Of a stretch of DNA of 64,000 bases, positions 8,422-18,513 are shown piece by piece. The stretch's first letter is position 1. Every line of letters starts with the position of its first letter. The notes beneath the pieces were generated by a model. The model was not told the DNA's origin, did no database searches, and was given only the letters and a program-made list of their open reading frames with translations. The stretch comes from Nitrospirota bacterium (GTDB taxonomy: Bacteria; Nitrospirota; UBA9217): NCBI GenBank assembly GCA_963740085.1, contig CAVUCU010000003.1, positions 107,680 to 171,679 on the forward strand, written 5' to 3'. The position numbers were made by a program, and so were the translations under genes.

Positions 8422-9321
8422 TTATTCTTCTTTGAGTATCCCGAAATTCTTAAGCATGCCTTCGTCCTCGCGCCAGCCTTTCTTTACCTTCACGAAGATT
8501 TTCAGAAAGATCTTCGTTCCGAGCAGCTTCTCCGCATCGAGGCGGGCGAGCGTGCCGATCTGTTTCAGCATGCCCCCGCCCTTGCCGATGAGGATGCCCT
8601 TCTGCGAGTCCCGTTCCACGTAGATGACCGCATGGATGTGCGTGATGTCCGGTTCTTCCTTCATTTCCTCGATGACCACCGCCGTGGAATAGGGGATCTC
8701 CTCTTTCGTGAGCTCGAAGATCTTTTCCCGGACGAGCTCGGACACAATGAATCGTTCCGGCTGGTCCGTAAGCTGGTCGTCGGGAAAGTATTTCGGCCCC
8801 TCGGGCATACGCTTCAAGACCGCCTCGACAAGACCGCCGAGGTCGTTCTTGAGCGCCGACACGGGGATGATCTCGGCGAAATTGTAAAGTTTGCTGTATT
8901 CCTGCATAAGCGGAAGAAGCGCCTCTTTTTGAATAAGGTCCACCTTGTTGATGAGAAGAAAGACCGGCGTCTTGACCTGAGACAGGGTCTCGATGATGAA
9001 CTTGTCTCCTCCCCCGGGCTGTTCCGTGGCCTCGACGAGCATGAGGATCACGTCCACTTCGTTGTAAGTCTGGAGTGCGGTCTTCACCATGACCTCGTTC
9101 ATCCGGTGCATGGGTTTGTGGATGCCCGGCGTGTCCATGAACACCAGCTGCGCTCCCGGTTGGCTCACGATGCCGAGGATGCGGTTCCGCGTCGTCTGGG
9201 GTTTGTTCGAGATGATGGCGATCTTCTCGCCGAGGAGTGAGTTCAGGAGAGTGGATTTGCCGACATTCGGTCTGCCGATGATGGAGATGAATCCGGACTT
9301 GAAGTCTTCTTTGTCAGTCAT
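8422..9321 (-). CDS. era: GTPase Era
   Basis: G1 GRPNVGKST, G2 QTTRN, G3 DTPG, G4 NKVD, and a C-terminal KH domain (GKGGGMLKQIG). I prefer ATG 9321 (MTDKEDFKSG) over the TTG at 9357 in the ORF track. Confidence 0.9.
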   Translation of the reverse strand: MTDKEDFKSGFISIIGRPNVGKSTLLNSLLGEKIAIISNKPQTTRNRILGIVSQPGAQLVFMDTPGIHKPMHRMNEVMVKTALQTYNEVDVILMLVEATEQPGGGDKFIIETLSQVKTPVFLLINKVDLIQKEALLPLMQEYSKLYNFAEIIPVSALKNDLGGLVEAVLKRMPEGPKYFPDDQLTDQPERFIVSELVREKIFELTKEEIPYSTAVVIEEMKEEPDITHIHAVIYVERDSQKGILIGKGGGMLKQIGTLARLDAEKLLGTKIFLKIFVKVKKGWREDEGMLKNFGILKEE

Positions 9322-9618
9322 GGCTGGTAGAATACCCGAAATCGTTGGCCTTCGCAATAGAAAAGCCGGAGAAGGAGAAGCACATGGGAACAGATCCAGT
9401 GAATCAGGAGAAGGTTTTAACCATACTTTCGTCTCATTGACTGCTGCGGAATCTTGTGTTACTTTCTCATTAAAAGGATGATCAAACCGTTAACATGAGA
9501 ACAAATATATCTTTTCACGCAATAACAGGGGCTCTCTTGAGGGATGCGCGCCTGAAGCAGCAAGGGTATATCGACGATCAAGCTGATTCCCATTACGAGC
9601 AAGAAGGAGGAAAATAGC

Positions 9619-10206
9619 ATGAAAAAGATGGTCATTGCAGGTTGTGTAATCCTGGGGTTATTCAGTCTTCTCCTGGTACCGGAAGCCCCGTTCGCCGCCG
9701 AACAAAAGTCGGCAGGCGGCAAAAAGGCGATGATCGCCAGAGGCTTGTATCTGGTGACTGTGGGGGGATGCAACGACTGTCACTCCCCTAAGAAAATGAC
9801 CCCGAACGGCCCCGTGCCCGACGGGATGCGGCTTCTTTCGGGACATCCAGCCAATGAAAAACTGCCCGAGGTTCCGCCAAATATAATCGGCCCGGACAAA
9901 TGGGGCGCCATTACCAACAACAACTTAACGGGCTGGGTCGGTCCCTGGGGTACAAGCTATAGTTCCAATCTTTCACCTGATCCGGAAACCGGGACAGGGG
10001 CCTGGAACGAAGAGTTGTTCATCAGGATACTGCGCACCGGCAAGTTCATGGCCTCGGGGCGTGACATTTTACCTCCCATGCCCTGGTACGACTTTGCCAA
10101 ATTGACGAACGCCGACCTGAAGGCGATCTTCGCCTATCTCAAGAGCCTCAAACCGGTCAAGAATCAGGTTCCCGCACCCGTTCTTGCCCCGCTTCCTCAG
10201 CGGTAG
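9619..10206 (+). CDS. Secreted monoheme c-type cytochrome
   Basis: 195 aa with a signal peptide (MKKMVIAGCVILGLFSLLLVPEAPFAA), a single CNDCH heme-binding site and a strong SD (aggagg) upstream. Confidence 0.7.
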   Translation: MKKMVIAGCVILGLFSLLLVPEAPFAAEQKSAGGKKAMIARGLYLVTVGGCNDCHSPKKMTPNGPVPDGMRLLSGHPANEKLPEVPPNIIGPDKWGAITNNNLTGWVGPWGTSYSSNLSPDPETGTGAWNEELFIRILRTGKFMASGRDILPPMPWYDFAKLTNADLKAIFAYLKSLKPVKNQVPAPVLAPLPQR

Positions 10207-10230
10207 CGAGCGTCATGGTAGATGAAAAAG

Positions 10231-10266
10231 AGGTCCGTCAGACAGCTCGCTGACGGACCTTTTTAA
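10231..10266 (+). terminator. Rho-independent terminator after the cytochrome c gene
   Basis: Perfect 11-bp stem aggtccgtcag / ctgacggacct (10231-10241 and 10250-10260), an 8-nt loop, then tttt. Confidence 0.75.
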
Positions 10267-10460
10267 TTTCAATGCGCCCTGCCTCGCGCCGGAAAGATGG
10301 CCCTCCTCATATTCATTCGGCTGGCGCACGTCCTCCTAGCAATATTACCGATAGCGGCACTCAGGAATGACTGCCGGGAGTGGTTATCAGCTGAGCTCAA
10401 AGTTTCTTACAGTTTTACAGTGCCATAGTGCCTCTGTCGCGTCCTTAACCACAAATTCCA

Positions 10461-10490
10461 TTGACAATCACGTGTTATTCTCGGTATTAT
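10461..10490 (+). promoter_or_regulatory. Sigma70-type promoter candidate for nadA (very short leader)
   Basis: TTGACA (10461-10466), an 18-nt spacer, TATTAT (10485-10490), and the nadA ATG at 10503. Confidence 0.4.
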
Positions 10491-10502
10491 CATAATACAC
10501 CT

Positions 10503-11501
10503 ATGACAACGATAAAGACCGACATCAGCGCCCTTCGGGATAAGATCTTCAAGCTGAAAAATGACCTGAACGCCATCGTACTCGCGCACAATTACCAGCG
10601 TCCCGAGGTCCAGGACGTCGCCGACATGACGGGAGACTCGCTCGAGCTCTCGCGCACCGCGGCAAAAACAGAATGCGATATTATCGTGTTCTGCGGTGTG
10701 CACTTCATGGCCGAAAGCGCCTCGATCCTCTCTCCGGACAAGATCGTGCTCTTGCCCGAGATCGGCGCGGGCTGTCCCATGGCCGATATGGTCACGGTCA
10801 AGGGACCGCGCAAGACCCGGCGGGAGTTCTACACGGACAAGCTCGGGATCGCCTTCGAATTCGCCGATGAGTTCACCCTCCTGGACATGAAGAAGAAATA
10901 TCCCGGGGTTCCCGTCGTGGCCTATGTGAACACGTCGGCCGCGGTCAAGGCGGAGAGCGATATCTGCTGTACTTCATCGAATGTCGTAAAGGTCGTTGAA
11001 TCGCTGAAAGAAGATACCGTCATCTGCATCCCGGACCGGAACCTCTCGGCCTATGCCGCCAAGCGAACGAAGAAGACGATCATCTCCTGGGACGGATTTT
11101 GCAACGTGCACCATGGTCATCTCGATATTGAGGACGTCAAAAAGGCGCGCGCCGCGCATCCTGACGCGGCCCTGGTCGTCCATCCCGAATGCGCGCCCGA
11201 GATACAGGACATGGCGGACCGGATCACGAGTACGTCGGGCATGCTCCGCTTTTGCAGGGAGTCGAACCACACGGAATTCATCATCGGCACTGAAGAAGGA
11301 CTGCTCCACCGTCTCAGGAAAGAGAGCCCCGGCAAGAAGTTCTATATCGTTTCGAACGAGATGGTCTGCCCCAACATGAAGCGGACCAGGCTCGAGAGCG
11401 TGCTGACCGCAATGGAAAAAATGCAGTACGTCATCAAAGTCCCCGAGGACATCCGCGTCCCGGCGAAGCGTGCGCTGGACAGGATGCTGGCAATACCGTG
11501 A
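10503..11501 (+). CDS. nadA: Quinolinate synthase
   Basis: [52 protein letters not shown] and HPECAP are NadA signatures. The start is set at ATG 10503 (MTTIKTDIS); the track start at 10461 is the TTG of the -35 box. Confidence 0.85.
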   Translation: MTTIKTDISALRDKIFKLKNDLNAIVLAHNYQRPEVQDVADMTGDSLELSRTAAKTECDIIVFCGVHFMAESASILSPDKIVLLPEIGAGCPMADMVTVKGPRKTRREFYTDKLGIAFEFADEFTLLDMKKKYPGVPVVAYVNTSAAVKAESDICCTSSNVVKVVESLKEDTVICIPDRNLSAYAAKRTKKTIISWDGFCNVHHGHLDIEDVKKARAAHPDAALVVHPECAPEIQDMADRITSTSGMLRFCRESNHTEFIIGTEEGLLHRLRKESPGKKFYIVSNEMVCPNMKRTRLESVLTAMEKMQYVIKVPEDIRVPAKRALDRMLAIP

Positions 11502-11507
11502 AACAGT

Positions 11508-11608
11508 CAGGAGTTCGGAGTTCATAGTTCGGAGCGATAAAAACAGATACTCCAGACTCCAAACTTCCCACTCCCAACTCCGAACTCCGAACTAAACACC
11601 CCGAACTC
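11508..11608. repeat. Intergenic imperfect hairpin built from gttcgga/tccgaac words (R4)
   Basis: caggagttcggagttcatagttcggag (11508-11534) faces ctccagactccaaacttcccactcccaactccgaactccgaact...ccgaactc (11550-11608). It fills the nadA-rmuC spacer. Confidence 0.55.
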
Positions 11609-11610
11609 AT

Positions 11611-12711
11611 ATGCAAACAGCCATTCTCATATTGCTCACTGTCGTTCTTTTGGCGCTAATCTGGCTCGTGCTCATGTCCAGGAGAAAGACCGTCGACCCC
11701 GCCATGTCCCTGATGCAGCAGGAAGTGCAGTCGCTCCGCGGCCAGTTGACCGAGGCTATGCAGAGAAACCAGGAGATGGTGAACCATCAGCTCAATGAGG
11801 TCACGCTCCAGGTTAATTCGCAGTTGAACCAGGTCACCCAGCAGCTCCAGAGATCGACCGGTGACCTGAACAGCAGGCTGGACAATGCAGCCCGGGTCGT
11901 GCAGGAGGTGAGCAAGGGGCTGGGAGGTCTCTCCGAGGCGACGAAAAAGGTTTTCGACGTGGGGAAGGACATCGCAAGCCTGCAGGAGATCCTTCGCTCG
12001 CCCAAGCTTCGGGGCGGTCTCGGCGAGCTCTTTCTCGGCGACCTCCTGTCCCAGATATTCCCGCCGGCCCACTACACACTTCAGCACCGGTTCAAGAGCG
12101 GTGAGGCCGTGGACGCGGTCATCAAGCTCGGCAGGAACCTCGTGCCGGTGGACGCCAAGTTCCCGCTCGAAAATTTCAAACGTGTTGTCGAGACGGCTAC
12201 TGAGGATGAACGGAAAACCGCAAAGAAGAAGTTCATCGGCGACGTCAAGAAACATATCGACGCCATCTCAGGCAAGTATATTCTGCCCGACGAGGGCACC
12301 TTCGACTTCGCGCTCATGTATATCCCTGCCGAGAATGTGTACTACGAGCTCATCATCAGAGACGAGGCCGTTGACACTGAAAAGGGACTTTTGAACTACG
12401 CCTTTGCCAAACGGGTCGTCCCGGTCTCACCAAACAGTTTTTACGCCTATCTCCAGACAATACTTCTGGGCCTTAAGGGAATGCACATCGAAGAGCAGGC
12501 GCAGGAGATCCTGCGCAGCCTGGCAAGGCTTTCGGGTGATTTCCGGAAATTTCAGGAGGAATTTGATCTGGTGGGGAAGCATCTGACAAACACGAAGATG
12601 CGATATGACGAATCGGACAAACGGCTTGCGAAATTCGGAGACAAACTGCAGTCGCTGACCGGGACCGAGGCCGGCCACGTGATCGAGGAAACAAAAAAGC
12701 TTCCGTTATAG
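11611..12711 (+). CDS. rmuC: DNA recombination protein RmuC
   Basis: 366 aa with an N-terminal TM, a coiled-coil and an RmuC nuclease-like core (GELFLGDLL...VDAVIKLG...VPVDAKFPLE...ALMYIPAENVY). Confidence 0.8.
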   Translation: MQTAILILLTVVLLALIWLVLMSRRKTVDPAMSLMQQEVQSLRGQLTEAMQRNQEMVNHQLNEVTLQVNSQLNQVTQQLQRSTGDLNSRLDNAARVVQEVSKGLGGLSEATKKVFDVGKDIASLQEILRSPKLRGGLGELFLGDLLSQIFPPAHYTLQHRFKSGEAVDAVIKLGRNLVPVDAKFPLENFKRVVETATEDERKTAKKKFIGDVKKHIDAISGKYILPDEGTFDFALMYIPAENVYYELIIRDEAVDTEKGLLNYAFAKRVVPVSPNSFYAYLQTILLGLKGMHIEEQAQEILRSLARLSGDFRKFQEEFDLVGKHLTNTKMRYDESDKRLAKFGDKLQSLTGTEAGHVIEETKKLPL

Positions 12712-12756
12712 GGGACGCCCGCCCGGAAGGGACCTGACCCTGTTGTTTCTCGTCCT

Positions 12757-13152
12757 CTATTGTGCTTCTATCCATTCAAGAGCATCCCGATAGCTCCTGA
12801 AAACACTCACCTCCTTTAAGCCGCTCGGCACAAGGCTCCGATATGTCTCGTACATTCGTCCCAAACCAAATGCCAATGGACTGTTCACAACAATCGCGAG
12901 CTTCGTTTTGACTCCCTGACGATCAGTACTAGTTGCGAGGCGAGCAAGCTTCATAATGCCCTGGGTGCTCAACGAATAACTACTCGCCTGGCTGAAATCT
13001 ACAATTTCGTTGTAGGAGAAATAATTGGATTGGTTTTTTATGTCTCGTTGGTACTTCGTGAGGGCATCGATAAGTTCGTTGTCAACTGCCTCGCCAAACC
13101 AGATCGTGGTAATAAGTCTGGCGTTATGATCTATTTTATGCTGTGCCGGCAT
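12757..13152 (-). CDS. Hypothetical protein (orphan, possibly STAS/SpoIIAA-like fold)
   Basis: 131 aa ORF with no recognisable catalytic motif. By eye the gene and the 288-bp spacer after it are AT-richer than their neighbours. Confidence 0.4.
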   Translation of the reverse strand: MPAQHKIDHNARLITTIWFGEAVDNELIDALTKYQRDIKNQSNYFSYNEIVDFSQASSYSLSTQGIMKLARLATSTDRQGVKTKLAIVVNSPLAFGLGRMYETYRSLVPSGLKEVSVFRSYRDALEWIEAQ

Positions 13153-13440
13153 GGTTCACTTTACCTGCTAGAGCCGAGTTGAGCCGATTGTCGGCTCGAA
13201 CGTTGGACTCATTGTTTTGAGTTCACCAACCCCCGATAGTCTTTCCATAGCTTGATTAGCATAATATCGTTAGATTGCCTCAATCATTTTCGCGTTACCG
13301 GATGCCCTGACCAGCGGAGAGTGAGGAAGGCTATTGGCTGCCGGTTTCACGAGAACCGAGGATCTGCTCGCCTGGTTCCCCTTTTCTTCCCGAACACGTC
13401 ATAGCTCTTCATTCCGCATTCCTCTTCACGCAATATCGAT

Positions 13441-15261
13441 TTACATCTCCACCCTGGTCACCACGCCGTGGAGCTTGTTGTACGGGAGTTTGTAGAATTG
13501 GACGATGTTCGGGGTAAGACGCTTGATGATCGCGAAAAGCTGCCAGATGACATTGCTCGGCAGGATGTCCTCGACGCCGTAAAAGATCGTCTTCTCGTGG
13601 ATCCCCGCCTCGCGCAGGATCTCCTCGACATCAGGTACCTCCATGTAGCCGGTCTGTATCTCGAAGGACCGGAGCCCGGGGGCCAGGCTTTCCTTGAAGA
13701 ACCCCGTGGTGCCGAAGGGGTCCTCACGCTTGACGATGGAGATTATGATATTGTCCTCATAAATGATGTTGTTCTTGAATATGGTATGCACGACGTAGGG
13801 GGGGACCTCCTTCGCGTCCCTCGCGAAAAAGAGCGCGGTCCCCTTGATCCTGCTCATGGTCTGATAGATCTGCGTGTAGCTCGGCAGGAAGACGTCGATC
13901 GGCAGCGGCTGGAGCACATTGTAGAGCTTCCGCTGGCCCCTGCGGTAGACCATGATGATCAGGAACGGTATTGCAGCGATGATGATCGACCAGTATCCGC
14001 CATGGGGGATCTTATAGGTGTTGGAAATGAAATATGTCAGGCAGACGAAGGTCACGACCACCGAGAGCGCCGCGTGTCCGAACCTTCTCTTGAGATAGAA
14101 GATCCAGGTCATGAAGATGCCGGTAAGGGTCATGGTGCCGGTGACCGCAAGGCCGTAGGCGGCCGCCAGCCTGCTGGACTCCCGGAACTCCATGATGATA
14201 AAAAGCACCGAGAAAAGCAGGAACCAGTTCACAAAACCGATATAGATCTGGGAATGACGCTCCTCGGACGTGTAGTCCACCTTGAACATGGGCATGATGC
14301 GTGTGGTGATGCCCTGGTAAACGATCGAGAACATGCCGCTTATCATGGCCTGAGACGCGATGACCGTGGCAATGATCGAGAGAAGCAGGAACGGGATGTA
14401 GAGGAAGTGCGCCTGATGATTCACCATCTCGAACAGCACGTTCCTGGCCTCGGGATGCCCGATGAGGAACGCCCCCTGACCGATATAGTTGAGTACCAGG
14501 GCGAAGAACACAAAATACCAGGCCCGCACGATCGGCTCGCGGCCCAGATGCCCCATGTCAGCGTAGAGAGCCTCGCCGCCCGTGGCGCACAGAATGACCT
14601 CGGAGAGTACGAAGAACCCGGCGATCCCGTGTTGGGCCATGAACTTGAAGGCATAGTAGGGATTCACCGCCTTGACCACCGAAGGCATAGTAAAGATCGA
14701 AGCAATGCCGGACAGCGTCAGGGCTGCAAACCACAGAATCATGAGCGGCCCGAAGGCCCCGGCGACCCGCTCGGTCCCCTTCTTCTGGAACGAGAAGAGC
14801 AGAATGGCGATGGCGCCGGCGATGATGACGAGGGAGGTCTGGGCCGTTCCCTCAAACCCCTTGATCAGAAGCATGCCCTCCACGGCGCTCAGGATGCTGA
14901 TGGCCGGCGTGATCACGCCATCGCCGATGATGAGCGAAATGCCAATGAACGAAAGCAGGGTGACGACCGCGGCCTGCCTGCCCGATTTGAGAAGCGGGAC
15001 CAGCAGTTCCCTGAGCACGATGGTACCGCCTTCGCCGCGTTTGCCGAGGCTCATGGCCAGCCAGGCGTATTCCACGGTCACCAGGATGACGAGCGTCCAG
15101 ACAATGAGGGACAGGACGCCTATCACGTTGTCCTCGGTCCGCACGATCGTCGGCAAGAGAAAAATGACCGTAAGCGTGTAGATCGGGCTCGTGCCGATAT
15201 CGCCGAACACGAGTCCGAGAGACTTTATGATTCCTTTGGCTGGGGACACTTTGTCAGGCAT
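13441..15261 (-). CDS. kup: KUP/HAK/KT-family potassium uptake transporter
   Basis: 606 aa. GLVFGDIGTSPIYTL is at the N-terminus, followed by about 12 TM segments and a cytoplasmic C-terminal domain. Confidence 0.9.
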   Translation of the reverse strand: MPDKVSPAKGIIKSLGLVFGDIGTSPIYTLTVIFLLPTIVRTEDNVIGVLSLIVWTLVILVTVEYAWLAMSLGKRGEGGTIVLRELLVPLLKSGRQAAVVTLLSFIGISLIIGDGVITPAISILSAVEGMLLIKGFEGTAQTSLVIIAGAIAILLFSFQKKGTERVAGAFGPLMILWFAALTLSGIASIFTMPSVVKAVNPYYAFKFMAQHGIAGFFVLSEVILCATGGEALYADMGHLGREPIVRAWYFVFFALVLNYIGQGAFLIGHPEARNVLFEMVNHQAHFLYIPFLLLSIIATVIASQAMISGMFSIVYQGITTRIMPMFKVDYTSEERHSQIYIGFVNWFLLFSVLFIIMEFRESSRLAAAYGLAVTGTMTLTGIFMTWIFYLKRRFGHAALSVVVTFVCLTYFISNTYKIPHGGYWSIIIAAIPFLIIMVYRRGQRKLYNVLQPLPIDVFLPSYTQIYQTMSRIKGTALFFARDAKEVPPYVVHTIFKNNIIYEDNIIISIVKREDPFGTTGFFKESLAPGLRSFEIQTGYMEVPDVEEILREAGIHEKTIFYGVEDILPSNVIWQLFAIIKRLTPNIVQFYKLPYNKLHGVVTRVEM

Positions 15262-15541
15262 ACGTAAGATGAGGTTTAGTAATCACGCGGCAGTGCAGAG
15301 TTACTGCGGGAAAATCATAATACAGTTCATGTAAAAAAGCAAGGTGAATAAAAAGAACCAGTGACCGCAATTGATTGTTGTTTTGTAAAAAAAGGTTCCA
15401 GATAAAATCCTCGGAAATGACAATAATGATAAGCGAACGTGTAACCTCCCTGAACGATCCTGCCGGGATATGGCGCTCTTCCTGCAGGAGCTACTTGGAC
15501 CAAGGGGATGCACCCACAAAGAAAATATCTGCTCAAGAGGC

Positions 15542-18133
15542 CTATTGATTTTTCTCATTGTTTGCCCCCGGGTTCCCGGAGGCCTGATCCTCATATCTTC
15601 CGTCCAAAAAGTTCCTTGCATAGCGTTTTACCGACTGGTCGTCCTGAAGCACGGCATCCAGCTGCCGGGTAAAGGAGATCAGTCTGCCAATCTGATCGAG
15701 AATACTTTCCGCCTCGCTCCTGACGATGTTCGCGAGCCGTGCAACGATCAAATCGCCTTTTGTCTTGCTATTGAAACCGTACTCGCCGAGGATCTCAGCG
15801 ATGAGCTGCAGCCTCCTCGAACGCTTGGTTATGTCGGTGGCGCCCCCGGTGAACCGGAAATAGATATGATTGTTGCGAGTGTTCTCGCTGCAAAAACAGT
15901 CCAGGATGATGAAATGATAGCCGAACTTCAGGCTGATGTTCGCGTATTCCCGGGAGATGACGGCCATGTTCGATTCCACGCGGCTGCCGCCGTCGGACAT
16001 AATGTCAGGCATGCGCAGCATGCTCGACATAAAGTCATTGACCTTCAGCGGGACTGCATCGGAGCGCCAGATGCCGGGGCGGGTCATGCCGCTGATCAGC
16101 GCCCGAAGCGGCAATGAGGTGACCTGCCCGGCTGTGATGTTGCCCGTGTGCACGGAATTATCCAAGCCCCCGCCGATATCGATGACCATGATCCCGGCGG
16201 GGATCGTCAGGTCTAATTTTACGGCACTGGCCTTCACGCCGAACTGCGCGGTCTCGATCAGCTCGGCAACCGATTTCTCATGGATAAAGCGCAGGATATC
16301 ATGCATGGTCTTGCATGCCTGTGGTGTAAACTCATCCCGCAAAGGATCGACAAGGTTCAGTGGAGCGATGTAGCGCAGGAGATACCTTTTTTTGCGGAAC
16401 TCCGAAAGTTCGTCCATCTTTGCGGAGTTGTTTCGCGCGTGCTCCACGACCTGCCTGACCAGCCCCTGGTAAATGGTCGCCCCTTCGTTCTCCACCTGAA
16501 CGGTGATCTCCTGGCCGTGTGCAAGCAGCTGCGTTGCGTTGCCCGCATTCACGACCGCAGGTATCCTGAACTCCCTGCACAGGGCCGCCATATGGCTCGT
16601 CGGCGCTCCCGTGTCGGTGATGATCGCGGATACGTCGGTCATCACGCGGACAAAATGGGAAGAATCGTGACGCGCAACAAGGATGGCGCCCTTTGGAATG
16701 GAATCAAGCTCGTTGAGGTTCTTAAGAACGAACACCCTGCCGGCCGCCACGCCGTTCTGGACGGCGAGGCCGCTGTTCTTCACGAGAACCTGTGCATCAG
16801 GCGCGTGTGGTTCTGCGACATCCGTGTGATTATCATCGCCTGAGAGCCGGAGCGGCCGGGCCTGGAGGATGAACGCCCGCCCCTGCCTGTCGAATGCCCA
16901 CTCGATGTCCTGGGGCCTGTGGAAGTGCTTTTCGATCAGCAGCGCCAGTCGGGCGAGCTCGGCGACCTGTCCGGGATCAAGGCTCGGGCGCATTCTTTTT
17001 TCATGCGGCGTTTCCATGGTCGTCACGCCACCCTGCTCACTTCCGATGACCATCGAATCCTTCGTGCCGATCCTCGTCTCGATGATCTCCCGCTCGCCGC
17101 TCTTGTTCACCAGATAAAGATCGGCATCGGTCTGGCCTTCCACGACGGAGGTGCCGAGTCCCCACGTGGCATTGATGATGAGCATGTCCCGGTTTCTCTG
17201 CTGATCGATCGAATACAGCACCCCGCTTGTCGCGGCTTCCACCATCACCACGCACCCGACGGCCATCTTCATGTCCCTCGGATCATACCCCAGCCTCTTC
17301 TGATAGATCGATGACGTTTCGGAGAAAAGGCTTGCGAGCACTATCCGGTACGCCTTCTCAACTGCCGCGGTTTCGAGCGGTACGTTCAGAACGGTTTCGA
17401 ATTGTCCGGCAAACGAAAACTCCCCGTCCTCCTCCCCCGCGCTGCTCCGCACGGCGAGGGAACACTTTCCCCTGCACCGTGATCGTATCTCGTTGACGGC
17501 CTTGTCGATTTCACGGTGAAGGTCTGGCGGCATCTCTCCTTGCAGAATACGCGCATGCACGTCGTGCAGGGGCACCCCCGGAACCGGGGCAGCGTCCCGC
17601 GGAAGCTGTCGCTTTTCAAAGATCCGATTATGCCCCATGTAGGCATCGAAGGCCCGGGTCGTCACCGCAAAGGCATCGGGCACGTTCAGCTTCAAGGCGT
17701 TCTTGACCTCCGCGAGGTTGGAGTTCTTTCCGCCGATGTCCCGCACCATATCGCCCGTTACCTGCTCATAGAAGACGACGAGATCCTTTGCCCCGATGAC
17801 GGTTTCGTCGATGACATGCCTGATCCCCTCGTCTATTTCCCGGAACTTCTCACGAAGCTGCGGATACCGTTTGTGGGTAAGTACGTCGAAATCGCGGAGG
17901 GAGTCTCCCACGGCAACGTGAAGGTCGGCATAGGATCTTCTGACATACTGAATGTCGAACAGATAGTCCCCGCCAAGGGTATCACCCATGTCCGTAATGA
18001 TCTCGAGTGCCTTGTTGTTATCGTCGAGGACCTGGCGGAATCGGGAGAACAGCAGCTCGAACGACTCCCGATCGCTTCGAACGCCCCGGAGGGTCCGGTA
18101 CAGTGAATTCAGTTTTCCGGTGAAGTTTGTCAT
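15542..18133 (-). CDS. PEP/pyruvate-binding (PPDK_N) plus swivelling phospho-histidine domain protein, dikinase-like, with unassigned ~300-aa C-terminus
   Basis: 863 aa. GGKNSNLAEV starts the ATP-grasp/PPDK_N region. GAPTSHMAALCREFRIPAVV is the mobile His domain. I did not recognise a canonical PEP-utilising TIM barrel in the C-terminus. Confidence 0.7.
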   Translation of the reverse strand: MTNFTGKLNSLYRTLRGVRSDRESFELLFSRFRQVLDDNNKALEIITDMGDTLGGDYLFDIQYVRRSYADLHVAVGDSLRDFDVLTHKRYPQLREKFREIDEGIRHVIDETVIGAKDLVVFYEQVTGDMVRDIGGKNSNLAEVKNALKLNVPDAFAVTTRAFDAYMGHNRIFEKRQLPRDAAPVPGVPLHDVHARILQGEMPPDLHREIDKAVNEIRSRCRGKCSLAVRSSAGEEDGEFSFAGQFETVLNVPLETAAVEKAYRIVLASLFSETSSIYQKRLGYDPRDMKMAVGCVVMVEAATSGVLYSIDQQRNRDMLIINATWGLGTSVVEGQTDADLYLVNKSGEREIIETRIGTKDSMVIGSEQGGVTTMETPHEKRMRPSLDPGQVAELARLALLIEKHFHRPQDIEWAFDRQGRAFILQARPLRLSGDDNHTDVAEPHAPDAQVLVKNSGLAVQNGVAAGRVFVLKNLNELDSIPKGAILVARHDSSHFVRVMTDVSAIITDTGAPTSHMAALCREFRIPAVVNAGNATQLLAHGQEITVQVENEGATIYQGLVRQVVEHARNNSAKMDELSEFRKKRYLLRYIAPLNLVDPLRDEFTPQACKTMHDILRFIHEKSVAELIETAQFGVKASAVKLDLTIPAGIMVIDIGGGLDNSVHTGNITAGQVTSLPLRALISGMTRPGIWRSDAVPLKVNDFMSSMLRMPDIMSDGGSRVESNMAVISREYANISLKFGYHFIILDCFCSENTRNNHIYFRFTGGATDITKRSRRLQLIAEILGEYGFNSKTKGDLIVARLANIVRSEAESILDQIGRLISFTRQLDAVLQDDQSVKRYARNFLDGRYEDQASGNPGANNEKNQ

Positions 18134-18138
18134 GGCCT

Positions 18139-18513
18139 TTACGGCTGTTTTTCCAGCGCCCGTTTGATAGACGCCTTCAATTCCTTTATCTTGACAGGTT
18201 TCGGGAAAAAGTCATGCACGTCCCTTCGGAGCGCCTCTATGGCCGCATCGAGGTTTGCGAAGGCCGTGATCATGATGACCTGGGTCGCGGGATAGAAGTC
18301 TTTCACGGTTTTCAGCACCTCCATCCCGTCGATTCCCTTCATCTTGTAATCCGTCACGACAACGTCAAATTTTTCTTCCTGCAGCCGCTTCAACGCCGGT
18401 TCGGCGTTCAGAAAGGTTTCAACAGCATAGCCTTCCTGTTCAAGCGACAGTTTCGCCATGTCGCCTACGATTTTTTCATCGTCAATGACCATGATTCTGT
18501 AATTATTACTCAT
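18139..18513 (-). CDS. Single-domain response regulator (CheY-like receiver)
   Basis: 124 aa. IMVIDDE, VVVTDYKMKGIDG, MITAF and PKP are the canonical REC residues. It overlaps the kinase gene by 8 nt. Confidence 0.85.
   Translation of the reverse strand: MSNNYRIMVIDDEKIVGDMAKLSLEQEGYAVETFLNAEPALKRLQEEKFDVVVTDYKMKGIDGMEVLKTVKDFYPATQVIMITAFANLDAAIEALRRDVHDFFPKPVKIKELKASIKRALEKQP

Noticed and set aside
10790-10870. A possible ~20-25-aa insertion in NadA ([26 protein letters not shown]) between the CPMADM motif and the KKKYPG segment.
   Set aside because: NadA lengths vary among subfamilies, and I cannot align from memory reliably enough to call this an insertion.
13468-15267. A 599-aa + strand ORF, together with similar long ORFs antisense to real genes: 134..763, 2861..3814, 19157..20044, 27236..28540, 30523..31545, 31820..32620, 33936..34829, 50268..50969, 53858..54958, 55655..56503 and 61284..62360.
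   Set aside because: All lie opposite ORFs with clear family signatures (kup, NtrC, Lon, hydrogenase-like subunits and others). Their products are Arg/Gly/Asp/His-rich and low-complexity with no motifs. This is the usual stop-poor antisense frame of GC-rich coding DNA.
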